A stretch of 64,000 bases of DNA from Bacillales bacterium UBA6449 (GTDB taxonomy: Bacteria > Bacillota_I > Bacilli_A > RFN20 > CAG-288): positions 43,082 to 107,081 of the forward strand of contig DJOB01000004.1 in the NCBI GenBank assembly GCA_002437105.1. The letters are read 5' to 3'. Shown one piece after another: positions 56,268 to 64,000 of the stretch. Below the pieces are notes generated by a model. It was not told where the DNA came from, ran no database searches, and saw nothing but the letters and a program-made list of their open reading frames with translations. The translations under genes were made by a program, and so were the position numbers. The first letter of the stretch is position 1; the number at the start of each line of letters is the position of its first letter.

Positions 56268-57677
56268 ATGTCTATTAAGAAGATCTCTATGCTCAGTGTT
56301 CTGGCGCTGAGCGCTGTCGGACTCCTCGGCGGCTGCGCTGGAGGTGGAGATTCCAGCTCTGTCGGCGGCACTTCCAGCTCTGTCGGTGGCACTTCTAGCT
56401 CTGTCGGCGGCACTTCTAGCTCTGTCGGTGGTACTGACACTGTCATCCTGTCTGGACCCAGCGAAGCTCAGAGTTTCACTCTCAATCAGGCGCAGGAGTG
56501 GGCTAAGAAGAACAACAAGAGCTACACCTTCAAGTATGTCACTCACGGTGAGGATAAGGTCGATACTGAGGTCATTGATTGGACTAGTTCTCAGGCTCCC
56601 GATATCTTCATGTACGCGAACGATAAGCAGCCCGGTCTGGTTAACAAGCAAGTTATCTCCGCTATCAGCAGCGCTAATCTCAAGACGCTGACTGATACAT
56701 ATGGTATCTCTCAGACCTATCTGGACACCGTCAGCTTCCAGAAGAAGACCTACGGTTATCCTTACACTCTCAATGGATACTGCTTCTGGTACAACGAGGA
56801 TATGGCTAAGAACGCCACTAAGCCCGAAGGTATCGGCGAGGACTTCACCAAGTGGACTATGGAGGAGTGGATCCAGGTTGCTCAGGCCAATAATTACCAG
56901 ATCACTTACAACCTCAAAACTGCTTACTACAGCGCTGCCTTCATGACTTCTGATGGTGGATCGTGGGACTGCACGTACGACAGAAACGGAAAGCTGACCA
57001 AAGTCACTTCCGACTTTGCTGAGAAGGGTATGCTCCCTTTGAAGAGTGCCATCAAGTGGTACAGCTACACCAATGGCGAAGGTAAGCACACTATCATATA
57101 CGATACTCAGAAGGCTCCTACTGCGAATAATAATGTCTTGGCTGATGTCAATGGCTCTTGGGCTTTGGCTACTACTGCCGGTGGTGACAGCGAGTATGCT
57201 GATCCCGCTATCAAGTGCTCCGTCATTCCCGCGATGACCACGGCTGAGGGCGAGAAGGTTATGCCTAGGGGCTTCACCGGTTCTAAGGCTTTCGGTGTCA
57301 ATGGTCAGAAGAGCGCTGGGGATACTGCTCGTCTCAATGATCTGCACAGCCTCGCTTCCTATCTGGTCAGCCCTGAGGTTCAGAAGGCTAGATTCGAGTT
57401 CAACGCTTCCTGGCTCCCCACTACTGATAAGGCTGGTGTCACCGCTTCGGACAACAAGGCTTTCGCCGCTCTGAATGAGCAGCTGGCTAAAGGTATCGCT
57501 CAGGCTAACCTGCCTCAGGCCATCTGGAATGCTCCTGTGACTCTGTTCACCAAGATCACTGGTGTGGAAGCTTCTAAAGACAACCCCGCTGTGGAAGCTA
57601 CTCTGAATGTGAATTCCACCGATGAGCAGCTCAAGGCTGCTCTGGCAGCTTTCGATGCTGAGCTTGCGGCTATCTAG
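56268..57677 (+). CDS. ABC transporter substrate-binding lipoprotein, family 1 (maltodextrin/oligosaccharide type)
   Basis: Signal peptide with lipobox LLGGC, then a (GTSSSVG)n linker, then a periplasmic-binding-fold domain. Lies upstream of the MalF/MalG-like permeases. Confidence 0.85.
   Translation: MSIKKISMLSVLALSAVGLLGGCAGGGDSSSVGGTSSSVGGTSSSVGGTSSSVGGTDTVILSGPSEAQSFTLNQAQEWAKKNNKSYTFKYVTHGEDKVDTEVIDWTSSQAPDIFMYANDKQPGLVNKQVISAISSANLKTLTDTYGISQTYLDTVSFQKKTYGYPYTLNGYCFWYNEDMAKNATKPEGIGEDFTKWTMEEWIQVAQANNYQITYNLKTAYYSAAFMTSDGGSWDCTYDRNGKLTKVTSDFAEKGMLPLKSAIKWYSYTNGEGKHTIIYDTQKAPTANNNVLADVNGSWALATTAGGDSEYADPAIKCSVIPAMTTAEGEKVMPRGFTGSKAFGVNGQKSAGDTARLNDLHSLASYLVSPEVQKARFEFNASWLPTTDKAGVTASDNKAFAALNEQLAKGIAQANLPQAIWNAPVTLFTKITGVEASKDNPAVEATLNVNSTDEQLKAALAAFDAELAAI
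56349..56438 (+). repeat. Tandem 21-bp repeat, about 4 copies, encoding (S/T)SSVGG(T) in the lipoprotein linker
   Basis: Units GGCGGCACTTCCAGCTCTGTC, GGTGGCACTTCTAGCTCTGTC and GGCGGCACTTCTAGCTCTGTC at 56364, 56385 and 56406, plus partial flanking copies. Confidence 0.8.
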
Positions 57678-57793
57678 TTGATAGTTTTAAGCAGATAAAT
57701 TCCGTTTAGAAGGTTATAATTTTTAACGAAGGAGTGCTTTTCTTAGCTCTCCCTCGTTTTGTTTAAAGACGTTAAACAGATTGGAGGAAAACG

Positions 57794-59311
57794 ATGACGA
57801 CTATTGAGTACCTCTCGATGCCTGGTTACGAACGTCTCTTCTTCAATTTCCTCAATTTCTTCAAGAGACTACCTCATCGTGTCGGAATGGCCTTTAACAA
57901 GCTGCCCACCAAAGCGCGCCGCTTGGGTGAGAAGATGGCTTCACCGTTTACCGATCTGTACAGCGCTGCGGTCTACGGAGACTGGCGCACTCGTCTTTCG
58001 TTCCTGATCATGGGATTCGGTCAGGTCACGAGGAGACAGGTTCTGCGCGGTATCCTCTATTTCCTGTACGAGGTCTGTTTCATCGTGTTCATGATCCTCG
58101 TCGGCGGAAAGAACCTTGCGGCTCTCGGTACACTCGGTCAACTTGGACAGGTCAAGTTCGAGGTTGGATATGTGGAGGTGCAGATACTTTACGACGATTC
58201 TTTGACTATCCTCATCTATTCTGTTCTGGCTCTGGTACTCATCCTTCTTCTCGCTTACCTATATGTCTCACAGATCAGAGATTCTCTGAGGCTGCAGCGC
58301 TCGGCCTATATCGGTCACTTCACTTCGGATCGTGAGACGCTGCGCAACGTTCTCGATAAGAGCTACCACCGGACTCTGCTGTGCCTGCCCATGGCTGGCG
58401 TCGTCATCTTCACCGTCGTTCCGGTGATCATCATGACTCTGATCTGCTTCACCAACTACAACGATGATCATCTGACTCCCGCTAAGCTGATCGACTGGGT
58501 GGGATTCCAGAACTTCGCTACCATCTTCTCTCAGACCGGATCCACTGGAGGAGTCTTCCTCCAGGTCTTCGGCAAAGTTCTTCTCTGGACGCTGATCTGG
58601 GCTTTCTTCGCCACTTTCACGAACTATTTCCTCGGTATGGTCGTCGCTATGATGATCAACGCTAAGGGAGTCAAGCTCAAGAAGTTCTGGCGTACGATCC
58701 TCATCACCACGATCGCCGTGCCCCAGTTCATCAGCCTTCTGCTGATGTCGCAGATGTTCGAGCAGAATTTCGGTGTCATCAACCAGCTGTTCAATCTCAA
58801 TGTTCCTTGGTTCAACAATGCCGTTCTCGCCAAGGTCATGGTCATCGTGATCAACACCTGGCTCGGTATCCCCTACACCATGCTGATCTGCACCGGTCTG
58901 CTGATGAATATTCCCGCCGATCTCTACGAGTCGGCTAAGATCGATGGTGCTGGACCCTTCAAGACCTACATGAAGATCACCCTCCCCTATATGCTCTTCG
59001 TCACCACTCCGTATCTGATCTCTCAGTTCGTGGGTAACATCAACAACTTCAACGTCATCTATCTGCTCACTCAGGGTGGTCCCCAGATGATGTTTGGCAC
59101 CGGTGTGATCGTGCCCAAGCAGATCAACGGAATCGGTGAGACCGATCTACTGATCACCTGGATCTATAAGATGTGTATGACAGCCACCTACAAGGACTAC
59201 GGTACGGCCTCGGTCCTCGGACTGCTCATCTTCGTGGTAGTCGCGTTCTTCTCGCTGGTCGTCTTCAACAATTCCAAGTCGGTGAAGAATGAGGAGGATT
59301 ATCAGCTATGA
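57794..59311 (+). CDS. Sugar ABC transporter permease, MalF-like
   Basis: 505 aa, multi-TM, with an N-terminal extension. EAA-like loop ...IDGAGPFKTYMKITLPYM... Confidence 0.85.
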   Translation: MTTIEYLSMPGYERLFFNFLNFFKRLPHRVGMAFNKLPTKARRLGEKMASPFTDLYSAAVYGDWRTRLSFLIMGFGQVTRRQVLRGILYFLYEVCFIVFMILVGGKNLAALGTLGQLGQVKFEVGYVEVQILYDDSLTILIYSVLALVLILLLAYLYVSQIRDSLRLQRSAYIGHFTSDRETLRNVLDKSYHRTLLCLPMAGVVIFTVVPVIIMTLICFTNYNDDHLTPAKLIDWVGFQNFATIFSQTGSTGGVFLQVFGKVLLWTLIWAFFATFTNYFLGMVVAMMINAKGVKLKKFWRTILITTIAVPQFISLLLMSQMFEQNFGVINQLFNLNVPWFNNAVLAKVMVIVINTWLGIPYTMLICTGLLMNIPADLYESAKIDGAGPFKTYMKITLPYMLFVTTPYLISQFVGNINNFNVIYLLTQGGPQMMFGTGVIVPKQINGIGETDLLITWIYKMCMTATYKDYGTASVLGLLIFVVVAFFSLVVFNNSKSVKNEEDYQL

Positions 59312-60174
59312 ACACCTCGGTCAAGAAACACTACGCGAGCCATCGGGCTCGCAAGATCGCCAAGGTCACGTCCATCTATGTGGTCCTGGCGATCGTCTCC
59401 GTCATCTGGATTCTGCCCTTCGTCTACCTGCTCCTGCAGTCGTTTGCCGGTCCTAACCAGTCGATGTATTTCATTCCCCACCAGTGGTCGCTGAGGGGAT
59501 ATGAGATCCTCTTCACCGAGCCTACTCAGAAGTTCTGGCTCTGGTGGATCAATACGTTCATCCTCGCCTTCGCTACCGCTATCATCCAGACGCTCATCAC
59601 CCTCGCTACCTCCTACGCGCTCTCGCGTCTGCGCTTCCGTCTCCGTAAACCTATCATGCAGTTCATGCTCGTCATCGGTATGTTCCCTTCCTTCCTGGGA
59701 ATGGTCATCATCTACTACATCCTCAAGCTGCTCGGCATGGAGGGTTCCATCTACTCTCTGATCCTGATCTACGTCGGTTCTTCCGCGATGGGCTACTACA
59801 TCTCCAAGGGTTTCTTCGATACGATTCCGAAGTCTCTCGATGAGGCGGCGATGATCGATGGCGCCAACAAGAACACCGTCTTCTTCCGCATCGTCGCTCC
59901 GCTGTCTAAACCCATTATCGTCTACACCCTGCTGATGGCTTTCTCCGGTCCTTGGGGCGATTTCATGACCGCTTCCTATTACGCTCAGGGAAACCCCAAT
60001 AGCTTCAACGTGGCGGTCGGACTTCAGAACATGCTGACCAAGGGTGCTCAGGGTTCCATGATGCCGGCCTTCTGCGCTGGTGGTGTGCTGACTGCTATCC
60101 CCATCATGATCCTCTTCTTCTGCCTGCAGCGGTACTACGTCGAAGGTGTTACCGGCGGCGCGGTCAAAGGTTGA
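59308..60174 (+). CDS. Sugar ABC transporter permease, MalG-like
   Basis: 288 aa, 6 TM, with EAAMIDGANKNTVFFRIVAPLSKP as the EAA motif. The start overlaps the upstream stop as ATGA. Confidence 0.85.
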   Translation: MNTSVKKHYASHRARKIAKVTSIYVVLAIVSVIWILPFVYLLLQSFAGPNQSMYFIPHQWSLRGYEILFTEPTQKFWLWWINTFILAFATAIIQTLITLATSYALSRLRFRLRKPIMQFMLVIGMFPSFLGMVIIYYILKLLGMEGSIYSLILIYVGSSAMGYYISKGFFDTIPKSLDEAAMIDGANKNTVFFRIVAPLSKPIIVYTLLMAFSGPWGDFMTASYYAQGNPNSFNVAVGLQNMLTKGAQGSMMPAFCAGGVLTAIPIMILFFCLQRYYVEGVTGGAVKG

Positions 60175-60177
60175 TCT

Positions 60178-61797
60178 ATGCGCTCACGTGCTGGCATTAT
60201 TGCTCTCTCGCTCCTCGCTATCCTCTCCGGTTGCTCTTCCGTCCCGGCGACCTCTTCCTCTATCTCTTCGGCCGCCTCGACGCCTTCCTCCTCTGCTTCG
60301 TCGGTCGCCAGGAAGGATCTGAGCGAGAATCGTCGAAACTACTATGAGATCTTCGTTGGTTCGTTTGCCGATTCCGATGGCGATGGTATGGGCGACCTCA
60401 ATGGTGTGACCCAGAAGCTCGACTATATCCACCAGCTGGGCTTCGATGGAATCTGGCTCATGCCGATCTTCCAATCTCCTTCCTATCACAAGTACAACAC
60501 CACCGACTACTACAAGATCGATCCGGACTACGGGACGGCAGCTGATCTCAAACAGCTCGTCAGCCGGGCTCACGAGCTGGGGATCAAGGTGATCATCGAT
60601 CTCGCGCTCAACCACTCTGCTACCGACAATATCAACTTCCTGAAGGCCTGCGCCGCTGAGGCGCAGCAGCGGGGTGAGCTGAAGGATTCGGAGAAGCAGT
60701 ATCTCGAGGGATTGAGCACCGATCAGATCTCGGCGCTCGCCCAGATGTACTCCTTCGCGGACACGAGCCGCAACGGCTACACTCAGGTCCCTGGCCACAG
60801 CTTCTTCTACGAGTCCAACTTCTCCTCCACGATGCCGGAGTTCAACTTCGATTCCCCTCTGGCCCAGGATCTGTTCCGCTCGGTGATCCACTACTGGATG
60901 GACGAGGCGAATGCGGGGGTGGACGGGTATCGGCTCGATGCGGTCTCCTACTACTATATGAACAATACGTCGGCTAATACCGCGGCGCTGAACCGGATTC
61001 AGAGCTACGGCCAGGAGGTCGATCCCGACTGCTACTTCGTAGGTGAGTGCTGGCAGAACAGCCCCATCATCACGCAGTACTATTCCGATTCGACCCTGAA
61101 CTCCTACTTCTGGTTCCCCGCGCAGGGCGCAAACGGCTTCGTGAGCGAAGGCATGTACGATAAAGGGAAATACCTCCGCGGTGAGAAGGCGATGCTCGAA
61201 GCGGCGGGCAGCGATATCGCTGCTCCCTTCCTGGATAACCACGATACGGCGCGGATGACCTTCTCGGCGCTCGACATGGCTAAGTTCCAATACGGTCTGT
61301 TAGCTACCCTGAGCGGCAACGTCTTCACCTATTATGGCGATGAGTGCGGCATCGGTCAGGGGCAGTCGAACAACGATGAATCCAAGCGGACTCATATGCC
61401 CTGGGGCGATGGTCAGGAGTGCCAGGATCCTGCCAATGCGGCCGAATCCTACTATCCTCACGGCGATGTGAAGACTCAGCTGGCCGATCCGAACAGTCTG
61501 GTCAACTTCGTGGCCGCAGCGAATAGGCTGCGGAATGCGTATCCCGCCCTCGGCTGGGGACAGATCGATGGCAATGAGTTCGAGGAGGACGATGAGACTT
61601 CGCTGTTGGCTATCGACAAGAGTCTGGACGGCGAGAAGGTGCGGGTGGTCTACAATTTTAGCCGGGTTGAGGCTGCTGATTATCAGGCGGCTGCCGGTGA
61701 GAAGTTGGTCGGGCAGCTCTGCTCTAAAGGTGCGGTGCAGGAGACTGATGGAAAGTATTCGATACCAGCGTACTCGATAGCGCTGTTTCAGAAGTGA
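60178..61797 (+). CDS. GH13 alpha-amylase-family glycoside hydrolase lipoprotein (alpha-glucosidase/neopullulanase-like)
   Basis: Lipobox LSGC followed by a Ser-rich linker. GH13 regions YYEIFVGSFADSDGDGMGDLNGV, GIKVIIDLALNHSA, GYRLDAVSYY and FLDNHD are present. Confidence 0.85.
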   Translation: MRSRAGIIALSLLAILSGCSSVPATSSSISSAASTPSSSASSVARKDLSENRRNYYEIFVGSFADSDGDGMGDLNGVTQKLDYIHQLGFDGIWLMPIFQSPSYHKYNTTDYYKIDPDYGTAADLKQLVSRAHELGIKVIIDLALNHSATDNINFLKACAAEAQQRGELKDSEKQYLEGLSTDQISALAQMYSFADTSRNGYTQVPGHSFFYESNFSSTMPEFNFDSPLAQDLFRSVIHYWMDEANAGVDGYRLDAVSYYYMNNTSANTAALNRIQSYGQEVDPDCYFVGECWQNSPIITQYYSDSTLNSYFWFPAQGANGFVSEGMYDKGKYLRGEKAMLEAAGSDIAAPFLDNHDTARMTFSALDMAKFQYGLLATLSGNVFTYYGDECGIGQGQSNNDESKRTHMPWGDGQECQDPANAAESYYPHGDVKTQLADPNSLVNFVAAANRLRNAYPALGWGQIDGNEFEEDDETSLLAIDKSLDGEKVRVVYNFSRVEAADYQAAAGEKLVGQLCSKGAVQETDGKYSIPAYSIALFQK

Positions 61798-61820
61798 GAT
61801 ATAGGGAGGAATCAAAATCA

Positions 61821-64000
61821 ATGGCTAGTGTAAAACTGGAACACATCTACAAGGTCTACACCGGCGGCGTCAAGGCTGTCAGCGATCTGACCATGGAGAT
61901 GAAGGATGGCGAGTTCATCGTTCTCGTCGGCCCCTCGGGCTGTGGTAAGTCCACTACTCTGAGGATGATCGCTGGACTGGAGGAGATCACCGCTGGTGAG
62001 CTCTATATCGGCGATCAGATCGTCAACGATATGGAACCTAAGGATAGAGATATCGCGATGGTCTTCCAGAACTACGCGCTCTATCCTCAGATGACCGTCT
62101 ACGAGAATATGGCCTTCGGACTCAAGCTCCGCCACGTCCCTAACGATGTGATCCAGAGCAAGGTCATGTGGGCCGCTAATATCCTCGGTCTGACCGAGCT
62201 CCTCGACCGTAAGCCCAAGGCGATGTCCGGTGGACAGCGTCAGCGTGTGGCGCTCGGCCGCGCTATTCTCCGCGACCCCAAGGTCATGCTGCTGGATGAG
62301 CCGCTCTCCAACCTCGATGCGAAGCTGCGCGCTTCGATGAGGACGGAGATCGCCAAGCTTCACCAGAAGCTGAAGACCACTTTTGTCTACGTCACCCACG
62401 ACCAGACCGAGGCGATGACTCTGGGCGACCGGGTTCTCGTCATCAAGGGTGGTAGGATGCAGCAGTTCGATACCCCGAAGAACCTCTACAACTATCCCGA
62501 GAACAAGTTCGTCGCGGGCTTCATCGGCACTCCTCAGATGAATTTCTTCGATGGATATCTCACCAAGGAAGGCGATGCCGTCAAGATCTCTTTCGATAAG
62601 GCGCCCGAGATCATCTCCGTTCCCTTCAAGAACCTGATCAAGGTCAATCCCGCCTATCTGGATGGCAAGCACCACGTGACTGTCGGTGTGCGCTGCGAGC
62701 ATGTCCACCTCGTTCCGCGCGGCACTCCCAATTCCCTGCAGATCTGCGTCAACCACTTCGAGGAACTGGGTGCTGAGACGCTGATCTACGGCAGCATCGG
62801 CGCTAAGGAGGAGGAGAGCGTCACCGATTCTTCCGTCGGTATCATCATCCGGATGAACGCCAAGCCCGAGAATCTCAAGGCGGGCGATCTGGCCAGCGTC
62901 GTCTTCGATGTTGACCACACCTACTTCTTCGATGCGAAGACCGAGGAGAGCATCGTTCCGCGCATCCCCAAGAGCAACGCTTTCACGGGTACTCTGACCT
63001 CCACTTCGGTGAGATTCCTCGATACGGATCTAGCTCTGCCCGCTCAGCTGGTGGCGGACATCTCGAAGAAGCTGCCTCAGGGTGGCTCGATCGGGGCTAC
63101 GATCCTCGTTCCCAACGATGCCTTCCTGCTCTCTGATCACGGGCAGATCCAGGCTACGGTAGTGAAGACCGAGATGGTCAATACCACGCCGCTGCTTCAT
63201 CTGTCGGTGGGCGATCGCACCTTCTTCGTGCTCGCCGGTCAGGTTCTGGAAGCGGGATCTCATATCGGTCTGGATATCGACTGGTCGCGAGTCTCCATCG
63301 TGGCTGACGATGGTACCCACCTCGTCGATCCCGTCCAGAGCTTCGATCAGTATCACGCGGCCTTCTTCAACTATAAGACCATTCAGGGTTCCGACAAGAA
63401 TCCGAAGTATCCTCAGTTCGTCAAGATCCGTCAGGATCGTATCGACGAGGTCAAGAGGCTCTGGGGTGCGAAGATCGCCCAGTCCGAGAGCGATTTTGCG
63501 CGCACTCTAGATTCCGTCACCCCGGCCGAGTTCAAGAAGCTCCTCGCTGATGGAAAGGATGCGAAGAGCCCCGAGTGGAAGGCGCTGGTTCGCGAGCGCC
63601 GGGCGGAGGCGGAGGAGAAGGACCGGGTCGAGATCTCGGGAGTCAAGGAACAGATGTCGGCTCTCAAGACTCAGTGCAGCACCGAGATCGCTTCTCTCAA
63701 GGCCGCTCACAAGGCTAAGAATGCGGAGATCAAAGCTAGCAATCGTGATACCTTCGCCCACATCAAGGCTCAGGAAGTCGCCGACTATCGCCACTTCCTC
63801 GAGACCAACAAGGATCGCGACACTATCCGGAGACGCAAGGCGGAGTACCACATCTTCCGCGATACCTTCGCCGATCAGAAGAACAACGCGCTCGAGCAGG
63901 CTCTGCGTGGTGAGCAGATGGTGTTTGATAACTCCGCCAGCAAGATCAAGGCCGAGACCAAGCGTCAGCTGAAGACCCTCAGCAAGAAGATCCTCGATAT
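61821..64000 (+). CDS. MalK/MsmK-type sugar ABC transporter ATPase carrying a C-terminal extension of at least 350 aa (second TOBE-like domain plus a charged helical region), truncated by the window edge
   Basis: Hand translation from the ATG at 61821 shows no stop through 64000. N-terminal MASVKLEHIYKVYTGGVKAVSDLTMEMKDGEFIVLVGPSGCGKSTTLRMIAGLE, LSGGQRQRVALGRAIL and LLDEPLSNLD are present, followed by a MalK regulatory domain. The frame then continues for more than 350 aa. Not in the ORF track because it has no in-window stop. Confidence 0.85.
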   Translation, partial: MASVKLEHIYKVYTGGVKAVSDLTMEMKDGEFIVLVGPSGCGKSTTLRMIAGLEEITAGELYIGDQIVNDMEPKDRDIAMVFQNYALYPQMTVYENMAFGLKLRHVPNDVIQSKVMWAANILGLTELLDRKPKAMSGGQRQRVALGRAILRDPKVMLLDEPLSNLDAKLRASMRTEIAKLHQKLKTTFVYVTHDQTEAMTLGDRVLVIKGGRMQQFDTPKNLYNYPENKFVAGFIGTPQMNFFDGYLTKEGDAVKISFDKAPEIISVPFKNLIKVNPAYLDGKHHVTVGVRCEHVHLVPRGTPNSLQICVNHFEELGAETLIYGSIGAKEEESVTDSSVGIIIRMNAKPENLKAGDLASVVFDVDHTYFFDAKTEESIVPRIPKSNAFTGTLTSTSVRFLDTDLALPAQLVADISKKLPQGGSIGATILVPNDAFLLSDHGQIQATVVKTEMVNTTPLLHLSVGDRTFFVLAGQVLEAGSHIGLDIDWSRVSIVADDGTHLVDPVQSFDQYHAAFFNYKTIQGSDKNPKYPQFVKIRQDRIDEVKRLWGAKIAQSESDFARTLDSVTPAEFKKLLADGKDAKSPEWKALVRERRAEAEEKDRVEISGVKEQMSALKTQCSTEIASLKAAHKAKNAEIKASNRDTFAHIKAQEVADYRHFLETNKDRDTIRRRKAEYHIFRDTFADQKNNALEQALRGEQMVFDNSASKIKAETKRQLKTLSKKILD

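Noticed and set aside
56265-57347. 360-aa minus-strand ORF, plus the minus-strand ORFs at 60184..61290 and 61818..62918
   Set aside because: Antisense to the solute-binding protein, GH13 and MalK-like genes. The PPTELEV repeat in the 56252..56446 ORF is just the reverse reading of the 21-bp tandem repeat.
1-64000. CRISPR arrays, IS elements, rRNA genes
   Set aside because: No repeat-spacer periodicity, transposase-like ORFs or rRNA-like conserved stretches were seen anywhere in the window.

Overview
This 64-kb window looks chromosomal and comes from a Bacillota (Firmicutes)-type bacterium. GC is moderately high, about 58-60% judged by eye. Evidence for that placement is the presence of RNase HIII, MutS2 and a DUF1292 protein next to ruvX-alaS. 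Several lipoproteins carry Ser-rich linkers and ribosomal protein L11 is diverged in a Mollicutes/Erysipelotrichia-like way, so a wall-less or related lineage is possible; this is inference only. Most of the window is core housekeeping, arranged as follows. On the minus strand: nusA (truncated by the window edge), rimP, two half-size ABC exporter genes, a DUF1292 gene, ruvX and alaS. Also on the minus strand: trmD, rimM, a KH-domain gene and rpsP. A plus-strand insertion follows, carrying a KdgT-family permease with a C-terminal fusion, an orphan alpha-acetolactate decarboxylase and a secreted Endonuclease-I lipoprotein. Next come rplS and two tandem class-Ia aminotransferase paralogs, then rplK-rplA-rplJ-rplL-rpoB-rpoC followed directly by ftsH, then tRNA-Pro(GGG). 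Downstream of the tRNA is an AT-rich islet with a flavodoxin-like gene, followed by a CydDC-like ABC pair, uvrC, mutS2, a HAD hydrolase, rnhC, rluD, lspA and ileS. Between ileS and the next gene sits a compositionally foreign SF1 helicase of the helicase-IV/HelD type with tandem topoisomerase-type Zn ribbons. It is followed by a trmH-family methyltransferase, a YgjP-like metallohydrolase divergent from a solitary pduL-type phosphotransacylase, metK, and an Orn/Lys/Arg decarboxylase. The window ends with a maltodextrin-type utilisation locus: a solute-binding lipoprotein, two permeases, a GH13 lipoprotein and a MalK-like ATPase that carries a long C-terminal extension and is truncated by the window edge. 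The supplied ORF track appears to omit the two edge-truncated genes, nusA at 1..242 and the MalK-like gene at 61821..64000, apparently because neither has a stop codon inside the window. No CRISPR array, rRNA gene, transposase or integrase was seen. The very long minus-strand ORFs across rpoB and rpoC are treated as antisense artefacts of GC3-rich coding. Every identification rests on reading the translated ORFs and recognising family motifs by eye. No database search was run.
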